Source: Hydrolagus affinis
Lineage: Eukaryota
Length of the DNA stretch: 64,000 nucleotides
Assembly: GCA_012026655.1 (NCBI GenBank)
Contig: JAAILG010000662.1
Coordinates: 1 to 64,000 of the forward strand
Direction of reading: 5' to 3'
The translations under genes were made by a program, and so were the position numbers. Each line of letters starts with the position of its first letter. Positions within the stretch are counted from its first letter, which is position 1. Below are positions 1-11,741 of this stretch, piece after piece. Below the pieces are notes generated by a model that was not told the origin of the DNA, searched no databases, and saw nothing but the letters and a program-made list of their open reading frames with translations.

Positions 1-133
1 CCCTTCGTGTTTCACCCCCGCCCAAACATTCCCCTCCCAGCTCGGGTCACACTCCCCCTGTGCAGCGCCTTGGGACGTCCTCCCGACGTGAAAGGCGCTC
101 TATAAATGTAATTTGTTGTTGTTGTTGTTGTTG
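1..133 (+). mobile_element. L2-clade LINE 3' end with terminal stem-loop and (TTG)n tail
   Basis: Ends AGCGCCTTGGGACGTCCTCCCGACGTGAAAGGCGCTCTATAAATGTAATT(TGT)n. The same terminus is attached to L2 ORF2-derived sequence at 20866-21745 and 26566-26942, and a near-identical copy lies on the minus strand at 15897-16020. Confidence 0.85.
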
Positions 134-497
134 CCACCTCCATGTCCTTCATCTAAACCAATTTGAAAATAAGTAATTAAGGAAACAAAGAAATCAATTC
201 ATACAGTATTTCAAATAATTTTTCCCCTCAATGAGTTTTCAAGGATACCTTACTGTCAATGATCCTTGATTTTAAGGATTTGAATAATTGAATGAGTTGA
301 CGTTTCTGTGTGTGAGACCTAAAGACCACTCCTTTGACATTGTGATTTTGAAGTGTGAATGAAATGAGATCTTTGGTTGAATTGGACATTTGAATGAAAT
401 GTCTACAGGGATCTAAAGACCACCACAATGACTTGTGAGTGAAGTGTGATAGGAGTGGAATTGCCTACATTTGATCTTAAGATCAACTTTTTACCTA

Positions 498-553
498 ACT
501 GTACAACGCCTTGCGACATCCTCTTGACGTGAAAGGCGCTATATAAATGTAAG

Positions 554-610
<57 letters not shown>
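498..610 (+). mobile_element. Tail-only L2 insertion ending in a (GATT)n microsatellite
   Basis: ACGCCTTGCGACATCCTCTTGACGTGAAAGGCGCTATATAAATGTAAG followed by a (GATT)n array at about 558-610. Confidence 0.8.
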
Positions 611-611
<1 letters not shown>

Positions 612-1445
612 GTGATTTTTGACACAATGCCTATTGAGTGTGAATAAACTGGGATCTAAATCTCCATCTCCATCCATTCCCATGGCATAAGATGAAATTC
701 CAAAGTTTTCCTGATTTGATCATTGACTGTGGAAAAAATTCAGATCCTCTTTCAGGACACAATTTGACTTTTTTTGTTTTTGTTTATGCTTCAATAACAT
801 CTACAAATCAATTGACGTGCATTGGTTTAAAACTTTAGCTATATTGAAAAGACAAGTGAAATTACAGACCAAGCTCAGGTAAGTACAAAATAAATAAACT
901 GTTTCCACCATTAATCATATTAGTGACAATTCATATGGTTTTAAGTTTCATTTAAAATTACAAAGTCCCTCAGTGTTGGCTGGAATTGGATTTTAAACTG
1001 TTCAGAATGGTTTGCTAAATATTTAGCTCACTGTGCCAACACTCCACAAAGGAAATCACATACAATATAAAAAAAACTCATCCACCATCTGTTTTTTCAG
1101 TATGGTGCAAAATGGCAAAGTCTAAGAGACACAGAAAAAAGATTTTGCGTCAAACATAATACATCCTGTGAAGATCAAATAACATTTGGAACAACAGGCT
1201 ATAGTTGTTAACCTGAGATGTAGAACTTTAAAGATCTGTCCTTCTGACGTGAAAGAATAAGTGTAATTTTGTTGTTGTTGTAGTTAAATTAGATGCTACG
1301 CACCTAATCTCTGGAACTCCTTGCCTCAATCTATCTATCTCGCCCCTTTAGCTATCTTTAAATTGCACCTTAAGACTTATGTCTTCAAATGTGCTGATGG
1401 TCACCTCCCCTTTTCTCTTCCTCAATATCCAGTTACTGTACAGTA

Positions 1446-1943
1446 CTGGGACTCCTCAATTAACATTGGGGATATGTTCCTGATAAGTGCGATTTTAAGT
1501 GAAACAACATATAGTGAAAGCTAAATTACCATAGGCCCTAATTCTATCAATAGGGGTTACGTTCCTTCAGCTGGTACGCGTTTGCGTCTTCGTACTTTTT
1601 TCTAAAGTTGTCGAAATGTACGAATGAGCAAACGCATACCAGCGATCAGCTATTTGGGGCCACAGAGTGAGGGAGGCCCCTCTAGGGATCCATACAAGAG
1701 ACATGTAATCCCACACCTTCATCTGAACGACTCCGACCCTCCCACTCCCACATCAACCATCTCCAGTAAGTGTTCTCAATTGTATTTACTATCATATATT
1801 TCCTAAACAACTAATATAAAATGTAATCAGCTAAAATACCTTCTATTAATCCAATTTTGTTTTTTTTTAACCATTTATGAATTCACCAACAATGTATATT
1901 CAAAACAACATATATTGGGACGACAAATAGAGAGGAGTTCCAG
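1446..1943. mobile_element. Non-autonomous TcMar/Tigger-type DNA transposon (MER82-like MITE)
   Basis: TA|CTGGGACTCCTC at the left end and GAGGAGTTCCAG|TA at the right end give imperfect terminal inverted repeats with a TA duplication. The subterminal TGCGATTTTAAGTGAAACAACATATAG...TTACCATAGGC resembles my recollection of MER82. Confidence 0.7.
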
Positions 1944-2247
1944 TACAGTGTTACAAGGTTCTATCCTACGTGGAGGTTGTTATGCATACAGTATTTGCAA
2001 CTTGTTGTGGTTCCACTTGCCATCACTATCCTGCGTGGAAAATATAAATACTGTGTATCAACACATATTTGCATGATGTCTACAAGAATTCATTCAGTCA
2101 ATTGTTGATCCTGGAATATGAAGCTAGAGCTAGCACCACCTACAAAATAAACTGGAAAAGTACCAGCTCCAAGTCAAAGCAAACTGATATCACCTCACCC
2201 ATTCCATAATGGAGAAATAGACTGGAGAATGAGAACCGGAACTTTGC

Positions 2248-2545
2248 TTAGTGTCTCAGCACACTTAACAGTAGCAGAGCCTGTCCCAGGGTTATGGGGA
2301 GATGGCTGTGAGCATGGTCAAAGAGGAAAGTTTTCAGGCAGGTCTTAAAGAAAACATTTGCTGAGATGAAATGGAGGCAGTTGGTTAAGAAGGATCCGGA
2401 CCATTTGAGTGTGGTCTCACTCAGGTAAATGAGGGAGGAGAGCCGGTGAAGGAGGATGGCATGATTGACTGTATCGAACACGGCAGAGAATTCCATGAGG
2501 ACCTGGAGGCAGAGGGAGCCCCGGCCACAGGTAGAGAGAATGTCA
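2248..2545 (-). mobile_element. Degenerate L2 reverse transcriptase fragment
   Basis: Translates to ...FSAVFDTVNHAILLHRLSS...LKWSGSFL, matching the LSAAFDTVDH..LL.RL....L.WF.SYL motif of L2/CR1 RTs. Confidence 0.75.
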
Positions 2546-3469
2546 TGTTACACAGCAGTCTAGTGCTACAAGAATAATTAGGTTATTACATCAGGATCTT
2601 GGATATCCTCCCAACATGAAATACCCTATATTAATGTAATTATGTTGTTGTTATTGTAGGTTGGTCAAGTTATCCAGTGTTTTTAGATCCAGTGAAATTA
2701 TAGCACTTTGTCTTGAGAGCGTGGCCAACATTGAAAGTGTTTCTGATGCTTGCACACCCGATAAGCTTGTTAGATGACTAGCCTTGCTGCTTAAACTCGT
2801 GAAATGATATGCTGAGAAAAGAAATACTGAAAAAGAATACAGACATTAAAAATGTTAACCTTCTTCAACAGACATAGGGCATTGTGGTATGAGTTATAGA
2901 TATTTTATGGCTGCTATTAGTGCTCAAAACATCTTGAACAATAACTTTAAGATAACACACAGCATTTAAAACAGCATTGTTATAGTTGGGCCAACAAAGA
3001 TAACTTTTGCTAATATCAGTAAACATTTCCTTGAAAATATTTGAACATTGAACTTTTGGAAACAAACCAATTTCAAGGCGCTATACACATGTAATTTAGT
3101 TGTTTTTGTTGTATCCATCCTCACATCCTCAGGCATATTGTTACTGATAGAGAATATGTAACAGATGTATTTTAATCCTGTGGACATCATAATGAAATAT
3201 ACATGTGTTGTTTGTCATATTCAGATGCATCTTACAGAAAAGAAATCTTTGACTTTTTTGGTTAGATGGATGTCTGATATACCGGTATGCGTAAACCCAT
3301 CACTGTGCTTAAGTGTATCGAAACCAAACTAGAGTTCCATGCATCCCACCTATACATGGATAGTTACTGGAATGCAAACACAATCTCTCCCTGGAGGAAC
3401 ACATCTGGCTTACCTGATTTCAGAAAGTATTAGGCACAGGTTGGCAAGAGTGAAGGTTTGGGAATTCAA

Positions 3470-4035
3470 GAGTGTGTGCTGGAGTATTATTACTGATTCT
3501 CACTAGCTAAAACTACAAAGCTGCCATTGAAAGCACTGTCTGGCAAGCTCTCCCATTGCTTGTCCAGTTAGGAACATCCTTTGTTAGAGTTTTGGCTTGC
3601 AGGGTTAACAAAAGCTGAGTGAGAAGACTCTCTACCCCCAATGACTGGTCTGCCCTTCCATGTCTTGCTGATAAGCCAGCCTGACCAAAACACAAAATAC
3701 TACAGATGCTGGGAATCTGAAAACAAAAACAAAAGTTGCTGGGGAAACTCAGCAGGTCAAACAGCATCCTTGGAGAAAGGAAAAAGAGTCAACATTTTGG
3801 GTTGACTCTTTTTCCTTTCTCCATGGATGCTGCTTGACCTGCTGAGTTTCCCCAGCAACTTTTGTTTTTGTTTTCAGATAAGCCAGCCTGGCTGTGTTGA
3901 CATCAGCAGTGCCCTATAGCACTGTAGACCTACATGGCTTAGTAACTGAACTACTGAGACTGCTACAGCACCTCAATTGTGACATTCCATTGCCAAGTAT
4001 GTCACCTTGGAGCAAATTTAGCCACAAGGAGATCC
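3470..4035. repeat. Old interspersed repeat of unassigned family, interrupted by a hairpin insertion; second copy at about 62830-63170
   Basis: Colinear by-eye alignment, e.g. ATTGAAAGCAC..TTTTGGCTTGCAGGGTTA..CTGATAAGCCAG..GCAGTGCCCT..ACTGAACTACTGAGAC versus ATTGAAAACAC..TTTTGGTTGCAGGGTTA..CTGATAACCCAG..GCAGTGTCCT..ACTGGACTACGGAGAC. Confidence 0.65.
3684..3879. mobile_element. Palindromic insertion, probably derived from a Penelope-like element terminus, with 14-bp target-site duplication
   Basis: Arms 3715-3793 and 3801-3879 are reverse complements (79 bp, 2 mismatches, 7-nt loop). Direct repeat GATAAGCCAGCCTG at 3670-3683 and 3877-3890. The arm sequence (GCTGG..AAACTCAGCAGGTC...CAGCATC..TGGAGA) resembles shark Penelope ends as I recall them. 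Confidence 0.75.
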
Positions 4036-5889
4036 TACTTAACCTACATCCCTAGGAGGATAGTGTGGGTTTGAGTTCTCACTAAATGGATGGCAGGAAT
4101 CAGGAACTCTCTGTGAGTTTTCCTGGTGGGCAATACAACTCATATATGCTGATGCCTTTTGCCTTATTTCTTGTGCATGACTGTCTAAGAATCGGTGTGG
4201 GATCCACAGCTCTTTCCCTGAATGAAAAGATCTCCAGCTCAGTGTGTGAGATATGACTGGCGTATGATGGTCTTTCTGATCAACAGGATGGATTGTATAT
4301 ATTCCCTGTTCAATTAACGCTAACCTCAAAACAAACATGGGTTTACAACAACAACAACTTGGATTTATGTAGTGCCCTCCACGCCAGACGGCGTCTCAGA
4401 GCACTTAAAATTCATATGCTTTAAATCTCCTTTTCCCTTTGTTTACTCATTCCTCATCTCTTTCTTCATTCTTCCTCTTTTTGCTTTCTTCCTATTTTTT
4501 CCTCTTTGTTTTTTATCTTTCTTTTCTCTTTCACTTCTTCATCTCTTAAACTCCACATAGGCCACTGTAAAATAGATCTTTTTCTGTCCAGCTTCAAAAT
4601 GCTCAGGTGGCCTGTCCAAAGACTAGATTGTCTGTCTGGCTGAAAATACACTGAATACCAGGTGGAATAAATGGCTTGCAATATTAGGACTTTCAACTCC
4701 AATGACTTAGCAATGTATTTTCTCTACCATTGTATAACATGAACTTATACTAATGCAACCAGGATTTCTACTTCTGATTACTATTCAGTGGTACTTGCTG
4801 GAAACTATGCTTAACTGTCAAGATCATAGTCAGGATGAATCAGATTTGATATTCCCCAAAGTTAATCAACCTGTCAAAACCCATTATTTGGGCTCTCAAA
4901 TAAAGAAGTAGTTGCGTTACTGGAGGTGGGATGCTACATAGATAGTAAGCACAGCCCATGGATTACACCCCATCGAGTTAGGATTTGGGGAGTAGTGTTG
5001 TGTGATAGCAGTTCAGAGGACTGATATCAATTCAGCAATTAAGCTGTAAAGTATCTTTCATTTATCCAGACAAACATGAGCCACTAAATGCGCAGCTCCT
5101 GCACTGTCAAAATGCTAGGACCACAGGCCGGAGGATTCAATCAAAGTTCAGGAGTCATTTATTCATTAGAGCAACTTCTGGCAAACAGAATTTATGATGG
5201 TTTGAGCACATGTAGAATTACAGTCTCTCTCTGTTGGCATCAAGTTCAATGACTGAAATGGAGATAAAGATCCCATTGTATTACTAGACTTGCTGGGGTC
5301 TATAATGGAATCTTTATCTCAGTTCATGAATTTGAGAGTTTAATGGAGACTATTTTATGCATGTCCCTTGCTTTATGATCAGACTGCAGTAAGGCTCCCT
5401 ACTCCTTTTGCTGCCAGCCCTTCCAAAGAAAGCAAGTTCATTTGGCTTTGAATTAACAATGAAAATTAATTGACATTAAACAAGCGTGCTCAAGGGAAAA
5501 TTAAAATAAACGTTCATGATATACTTGTAACTGTTGTTGCCTAAGATACTTTCTATTTGGCTAGCACTGTGAACTATTTAAATCTTTCTTCTCACCCTAA
5601 TTCTAATAACAAAAGACTGCTGCATTTCCCTGATGACAAGACTATCAACATCGAAGTTAAAGCACTTGATTTTACATTCTCTCCAAATAATTTAAATACT
5701 GTACAGTACATTGAAAACCTTCATTGTCAGTGTCATGTCAAGTATTTGTCATGGACTACCTCTATTCTGTCACTAGTTTTTTCAACAATCCAACCTCTCA
5801 ACAGCATCTACACTGCACCACCTGAATTGAGGTATTTGTATTCTCACCACAGACATACTTTGGGTCACAAAGGAGAATCACAGAATTAA

Positions 5890-6040
5890 GCACAGAAATA
5901 GGTCATTCAGCTCATCAAGTCTACTACTTAACTAATCATACTCTGTTACGTGCTCCCCATATACATTAAAACCTCCTCTTTGTCAAGTAGGTGTCATTAC
6001 CTTTTAAGATAATTCATGGACTCTGTCTCAACACATGGGA
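5890..6040 (-). mobile_element. Degenerate CR1-type LINE 3' region
   Basis: GCACAGAAATAGGTCATTCAGCTCATCAAGTC. Similar strings at 19182 and 20056 match the reverse strand of CR1 3' ends. Confidence 0.5.
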
Positions 6041-6518
6041 TCTTTTCAATTGAAACCTCAGTGGGGAACTGCATGGTGCATGACACCTCTACAGTTGAAA
6101 AGTTTCGAAGAAGAAACAAGACAAATAAGAGAGTTCTATTATACCAAACCTGGTCATTGTATGTACAGTCTAATCGAGTTACATAGACTTATAAAATCAC
6201 CATTCAGGATTTCTTCGCACATAGACAAAACATATATGATATAAGTGTGCTAATTTGTTGAGACCCAGCAAGAAACCTGACTGATTTATAGCATTAATTA
6301 GAGACACAGTCTGAGTACAATTTAAGGAACTAAGTAAAATTCAGATTGTGAGTGACAGAATGAAAAAGATGGCAGTTAATAAGCAGAGCTATGCACATGT
6401 CTTCCAATTCAATACATATGAGCAGTGTTCTTCCTCCTCTTTTGTTGTATTCATCTACTAAGAGTGAAGCTGCTTTGCTCCCGGCAAAATATAAGATGCG
6501 GAAAGGATAAGCTTCATC

Positions 6519-6593
6519 AGCGCCTTGGGACGTCCTCTTGACGTGAAAGGCGCTTAATAAATGTAAGATTTGTTTGTTTGTTTGTTTGTTTGT
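6519..6593 (+). mobile_element. Tail-only L2 insertion with (TTTG)n tail
   Basis: AGCGCCTTGGGACGTCCTCTTGACGTGAAAGGCGCT..ATAAATGTAAGA followed by (TTTG)n. Confidence 0.8.
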
Positions 6594-6841
6594 TCATTGA
6601 TACTGATAACTCATATTTCCTCAAATCAGGACTGCAAACAAATACTGTTCCTGATTCAAGGTTCTGAAGTGTCATACTGTTGTGTATTTACAAAACACCC
6701 AAATCAATTGTTTTATTTTTAAAGTTACAAAAATATTAAAATAATTTTGCATGTCGGTAGGGCATCTCAAAGTGCTTCATGGGATTTGCAATGCAGTGTA
6801 AACACCATGAAGTTTGTAGGTGGCAGCCAATTTTCACACAG

Positions 6842-7390
6842 CAACAACAACAATAACAACTTTGCATTTACTTAGTGCCCTTCATGTACGGTAGTGTCTC
6901 TTAACAGTGGCAAACTTGAGACTGAGCTGGGAAGAAAGAGAAGGCAACGATAGGCACAGTCAAAACCAAAGGTCTTCAAATGTGATCTGAAGACAGGAAA
7001 GCAAGGGTCAAACTGGCGGGTTAAAGCAAAGAAAGGGCATAATGGCTCAAAGTACAGCCACCAGTGGTGAAGTGAAGGGGACAAAGAGTAGCTGAGCAAA
7101 GGGAGTGGGTAGCAGATTAGAGTGTGAGTATGGTGGAAAGGTAAGGATGTGCAGGTGTGGTGAATACATTTGTAAGTAAGCATGAATATGTTCAAGTCGA
7201 TCCGTTTTGCAATCAGTAGTCAACGGGAGTCTGGCAAGGGCTAGCTGGGGTACTGTGGATGTAGATTTTGGTAGGGATGAGAATATAGGCAGTGATGTTT
7301 TGATCAGTTGGAATTTGTTGGTGATGAAGCTGGGGAGACCAGCAAGAAGGGTATTAGAAAATTCAAGTGCGGAGGTGGTGAGTACTGTAT
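6842..7390 (-). mobile_element. Old L2 3' fragment abutting a SINE remnant (about 6760-6841)
   Basis: Minus-strand translation gives TSALEFSNTLLAGLP...KFQLI and FRSHLKTF, typical of the L2 ORF2 C-terminus. (CAA)n tail at 6842-6860. Confidence 0.7.
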
Positions 7391-9829
7391 ATGAAAGAAG
7401 GGTTTTGATTATGTCAGGTGAGAGGTCAGAGGAGAGCAATGTGGCAGCTGTCCCACAAACAGCAATACAGTGAATTTTATTAAAAACTTTATTTTGTAAA
7501 ATCCTTGCATTATAAAACAGTCTGTTCAAAGTTCCCGGGCTTTCCACTTGTCTGGCTGAGAACTTATGAATCAGTCATGGAGGAATAAATGAAGACAGAG
7601 GAGGGAGCCCAGTGCAATTCACACTCCTCTATGTTTATATATTGTGTACTTGCAAATTCCACTGCACCAAAGGCCATCTCCAGCAAGCGATGTCAGGAGC
7701 AGGACTCAGGCCAAATTCCTGCTGTCTGAGAGCCAGTTAAATACCATTCTGATAATGAATCACCACCAAATGTGCAATGGAAAAGCTGCATCGAAACAAA
7801 GCTGCAGTATAACATGCATAAAACTGTTAAAGTTAAACAAGGAGAATTTGTGTTAAACAATGAAATAAAAGTATATATCACGTGAAATAGATCAGTACAT
7901 CTAGCTGATCCTGAGAATTGAAACAAATAAATCTGCAAACAATGATATCCAGGCTTAGATGCCATTGACTTTTATGACAATTTTGACATGGGCTTCAGTG
8001 ACTGTTGGTCAAAATCGCTCCCTCCAGTTGCTTGGTGCAAATTTTATAGTTTAAGATTACAAGCATATCGGTGGCCTGCATCGCAATTGTCCGACATGAC
8101 GTTTTGTCAATAGTCAATAGTCATTCAGCTGAATGTCAGGGCTGTCGCACTGGTGCCAATGACCTTGCTGGATATGCATTAATTGCAGTCAATAAAGAGA
8201 AATCATTGGATCACTTGCATATTAGCGCTACTCAAATTTGTCTGACATCTTTCTCCCTTCTCTCTCATAAATATTACACAACCTCGATTTTCCCTGCAGT
8301 ATAATGCCTCCAGGATTGATCTCCAAACTTTCTTGAGGCTGTGGTTTGGTGAGATCCTTTATCTGTTACATTAAAAGTTTATTTGTCTTGCGTTGACAGT
8401 GAGACAGGTTTTGCTGCAATTAACCTGGACTACAAAAGGGGCAATAGAAGAGATTCCATCAAGTTATACGCTACAGTATTTGGTAAATATTTCACAAGGC
8501 ACTGTAACTAGTGGTTTAAAAATAAGGTTCTGATGGAGTCAGTCATTAAAGTCCTCTAGGTTTCTTGCAAAAAAAATACGCAGTTCAAACCATTAATTGC
8601 ATCTGAAGATATCTATAGCTGCTGGAGTGCACTGGAGCACTGTTTATACATTTTTAAAGAAAAATGAAGAAAACGTGAGAAGACAAGTAGAAGTTAAGAG
8701 CACAAACTGGCTAAACTGCCTTTTAATGTAGAATATATTTTAAACCAGGGGCCTCCGACTGAAGATGCAGACATTGTACTCACAGGATCAGGTCTTGTAA
8801 TCTCATGCTAAACTGAGCAGAAGACCTGCAGTGAGCAGTGCTGACCATGCAGTCAGTGTGTGGTTTGCATTTTAAATTCTCATCGTCCAGAACTTTTTTA
8901 ACAATGTTTATCTTTTAAGGTACATTCGATTTCTTCTTAGAGTTTATGCCTTTCACATATGTGATCAGTCTACTGAGTCAATTAAATACATTATTCAAGG
9001 CCACTCTTTACACTGGTGAATCTGTGTGGGTGCTTCACTCTTTCTCTGCACTTTGTCAGGCAATGTTTGTGTTTTAATTTTCTATCTGTTTCTTTAATAA
9101 TAATCTTCACATTTGATACAGCACCTTATCATGTCGTTCAGAGGTTTCAAAGCATTTCACAGAATATATTGTAAAGTGGATAGATTGTGAACTGCATTTT
9201 GTGCACTATGTATTTTGTTTGCATTTTCTGATATCATTTGAAGTTGTGTGACTGTCCAGCTCATCCTGTGACTGTTCATGTTGCCATATTTCTAGCAATA
9301 ACCTTAATGTAGAGTTATCAAAGAGGCCAAGCAGTGTTATGTGTAATGTATGGTGTTGCATTTATTCCTATGTAATATTCAATGGAGCCTTAATAGATTA
9401 TCATAAGTGAACTTAAACACTAATTGAAGACCATTATTAGGAAGTGGCCTCATTTGAATGAGCCAGCCTGGTATCTTCCCACTTTTTAAAAAGGTGCTAA
9501 AGTCAAATTGGCAGCAGGTTTTCATACCTCCCACTGTCTTACACTGACATTTGCTCACAAATATCTGTGAATTTTTTCCACCAAAAATGTCAATCTGCTA
9601 CCACAGGACCAACACTTTCACATTGGTACAGAATCTGATGCATTTTCGTATTAATATCTGACAGGTGAATACTGAAATAAATTTGATTACAGTACCTGAT
9701 ACATTTAAAGGGACTTTTACAGTGTGAACATAATTTGCTTTTCACACAACTGAATTCACATTTTATTATGAGTTATATTGAGCTCATGACAGTAGACAGT
9801 TTTTCTACATATTACATGAATGTAATCAT

Positions 9830-10125
9830 AATAATAAAATAATAATGTTTGCATTTAATATAGCGCTATTCACGTCTTTTAAACGTCTCAAAGTGTTTCA
9901 CAGAATATACTGTTAAGTGAATTGACTGTGTAGATTTGTGGGTGAAACATGGCAGCTAATTGCACAAAGCAATGTCCCACAAATAGCTGTGGATTGAAGT
10001 TACCATTTTGTTATTATTTTTTCTTGAGGGATTATTATCAGGCGTGTGGAGTAAGGAAACTTGCCCAAGATTTTGCCATGCCAGCAATTTAACCCGGGTC
10101 TCTTGCTTACAAGGTAAGTGCTTTC
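9830..10125 (-). mobile_element. tRNA-derived SINE, degenerate copy
   Basis: Colinear with the copies at 13676, 22245 and 62203 (GGAGTAAGGAAACTTGCCCAAG; TGTCCCACAAA; (TAA)n tail). Confidence 0.8.
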
Positions 10126-11741
10126 GTGAGTGGATATTGCTATCTTAACAAAAGCCAAAGAATACATCTCCCACTTTTCTGACTCAGAAATGATTTTCTA
10201 CAACCTCAGGAAGTATAAAATTGAAGGTTGGCACAGGAAAAGTTGAAGGAGAAGTTTACATGCAGAAAGTTGTAAGAACATAAAATGATTTGCATCAAGT
10301 ACAAGGTTGTATTGCTCTACTGGAAGAGCTAACATTAGTAAAGCCTCCAATGGCTTCCTGTGCTTTAATTCCTATTGATACTTTATATGAACATCCCTTC
10401 TACACTGGCATAAACATTTCCATTTCCATTCTATTGTTCTCAATCAGAATAATAATGTAATGTAAACTTGTGTTACAATACTATGCAATTTACATTTATA
10501 TGATTCTTTCAAGTTATGAAGATGTCTCAAATTACTCAACAAATGCTGTTGAATAATATAATAGATCACTTCCTCAACTTTCCAACAAAGTTCAACTATT
10601 GCCAAGTTTAGTATACAGATGTTCCTTGAGAAAAAAATTGACTGCACAAACTCATTACATGAATGCATTATGCCCAAACTCTCATTCATCATTTTTGCTT
10701 TTGTCACCTCTGGATGTAACTTTTCAGATGCTCTATTCACTGTGTCGTCATCATCGTCAGGCAGGACTTCAACAGGAGAGAGGGGGCAAGATCGACAACT
10801 TCCCTCCCCTCAGTTTATTATTAGTGGCTGAATTTTCAAACACACTGCTCCCATCTTCTGTAACTCCTTCATATGCACAAATCAAGAATATCATAGCACA
10901 GAAAAATGCTTAACCTGATTTCTAAGACACATGCACACCTCAGGCCTCCATCTTCAAATGTAAGAATTATTATTATTTTCTGCAAAATGGTCATTTGAAT
11001 CTTTTGTTGATGAATGTATGCTGTGATGTGTTGATTTAATAGTGTTTGGCAACCTGATTGTATTACACAATATCATAAGCATTTGTATCATAAAGTTATG
11101 ATTTTGCATACACAGATATTAAAACAATAACAAAATTACATTTATAAAGCATCTTTCACGTCAGAATAGAAAGCACTCTTCTAATCATACAGATCTGTCT
11201 CGTGTACAGTACTTAGTTTGTCTCATACCTCGATTGAAAATATGACACACACCATCAAGACACAACCTATTAAAAATAACAGAATTCATCAAAACAGTGA
11301 CTTTCATTAAAAATCATACATTCCCTCTCTTTCTTTTATTTACCCTATTTATGTTTCTCCTGCCTAAATTATCTTCAGACAAACCCGTCTGCCACTTTCA
11401 CCGTATGGAAAGTGAATCATTCATTTGAAGGCAGTTTGTTCAGCCCACGCACACCACCTATGCCACTTCCACTCATTCCAAAATACAGTATGTTCTGATC
11501 TTTGGAGTGAGTAAAACCAACAAGCCATGATTACTCCGGCTGGGCACACCCGCTTTACTTCTGGAACTGTGTAAAAGTGGCAGATGGCAATATCAACAAC
11601 TCCATCTGGGTGTAGACATTCTGAGAATTTCAGAGCTTGCAAATTTTGGGGCAATTCAGAATTTTTAAACCATGTTTCACCTCTTTTCTTTTAAGATTAT
11701 GTCTGAAGTTGAAAAATGACCACAATGTTCACTCTGTGAAA

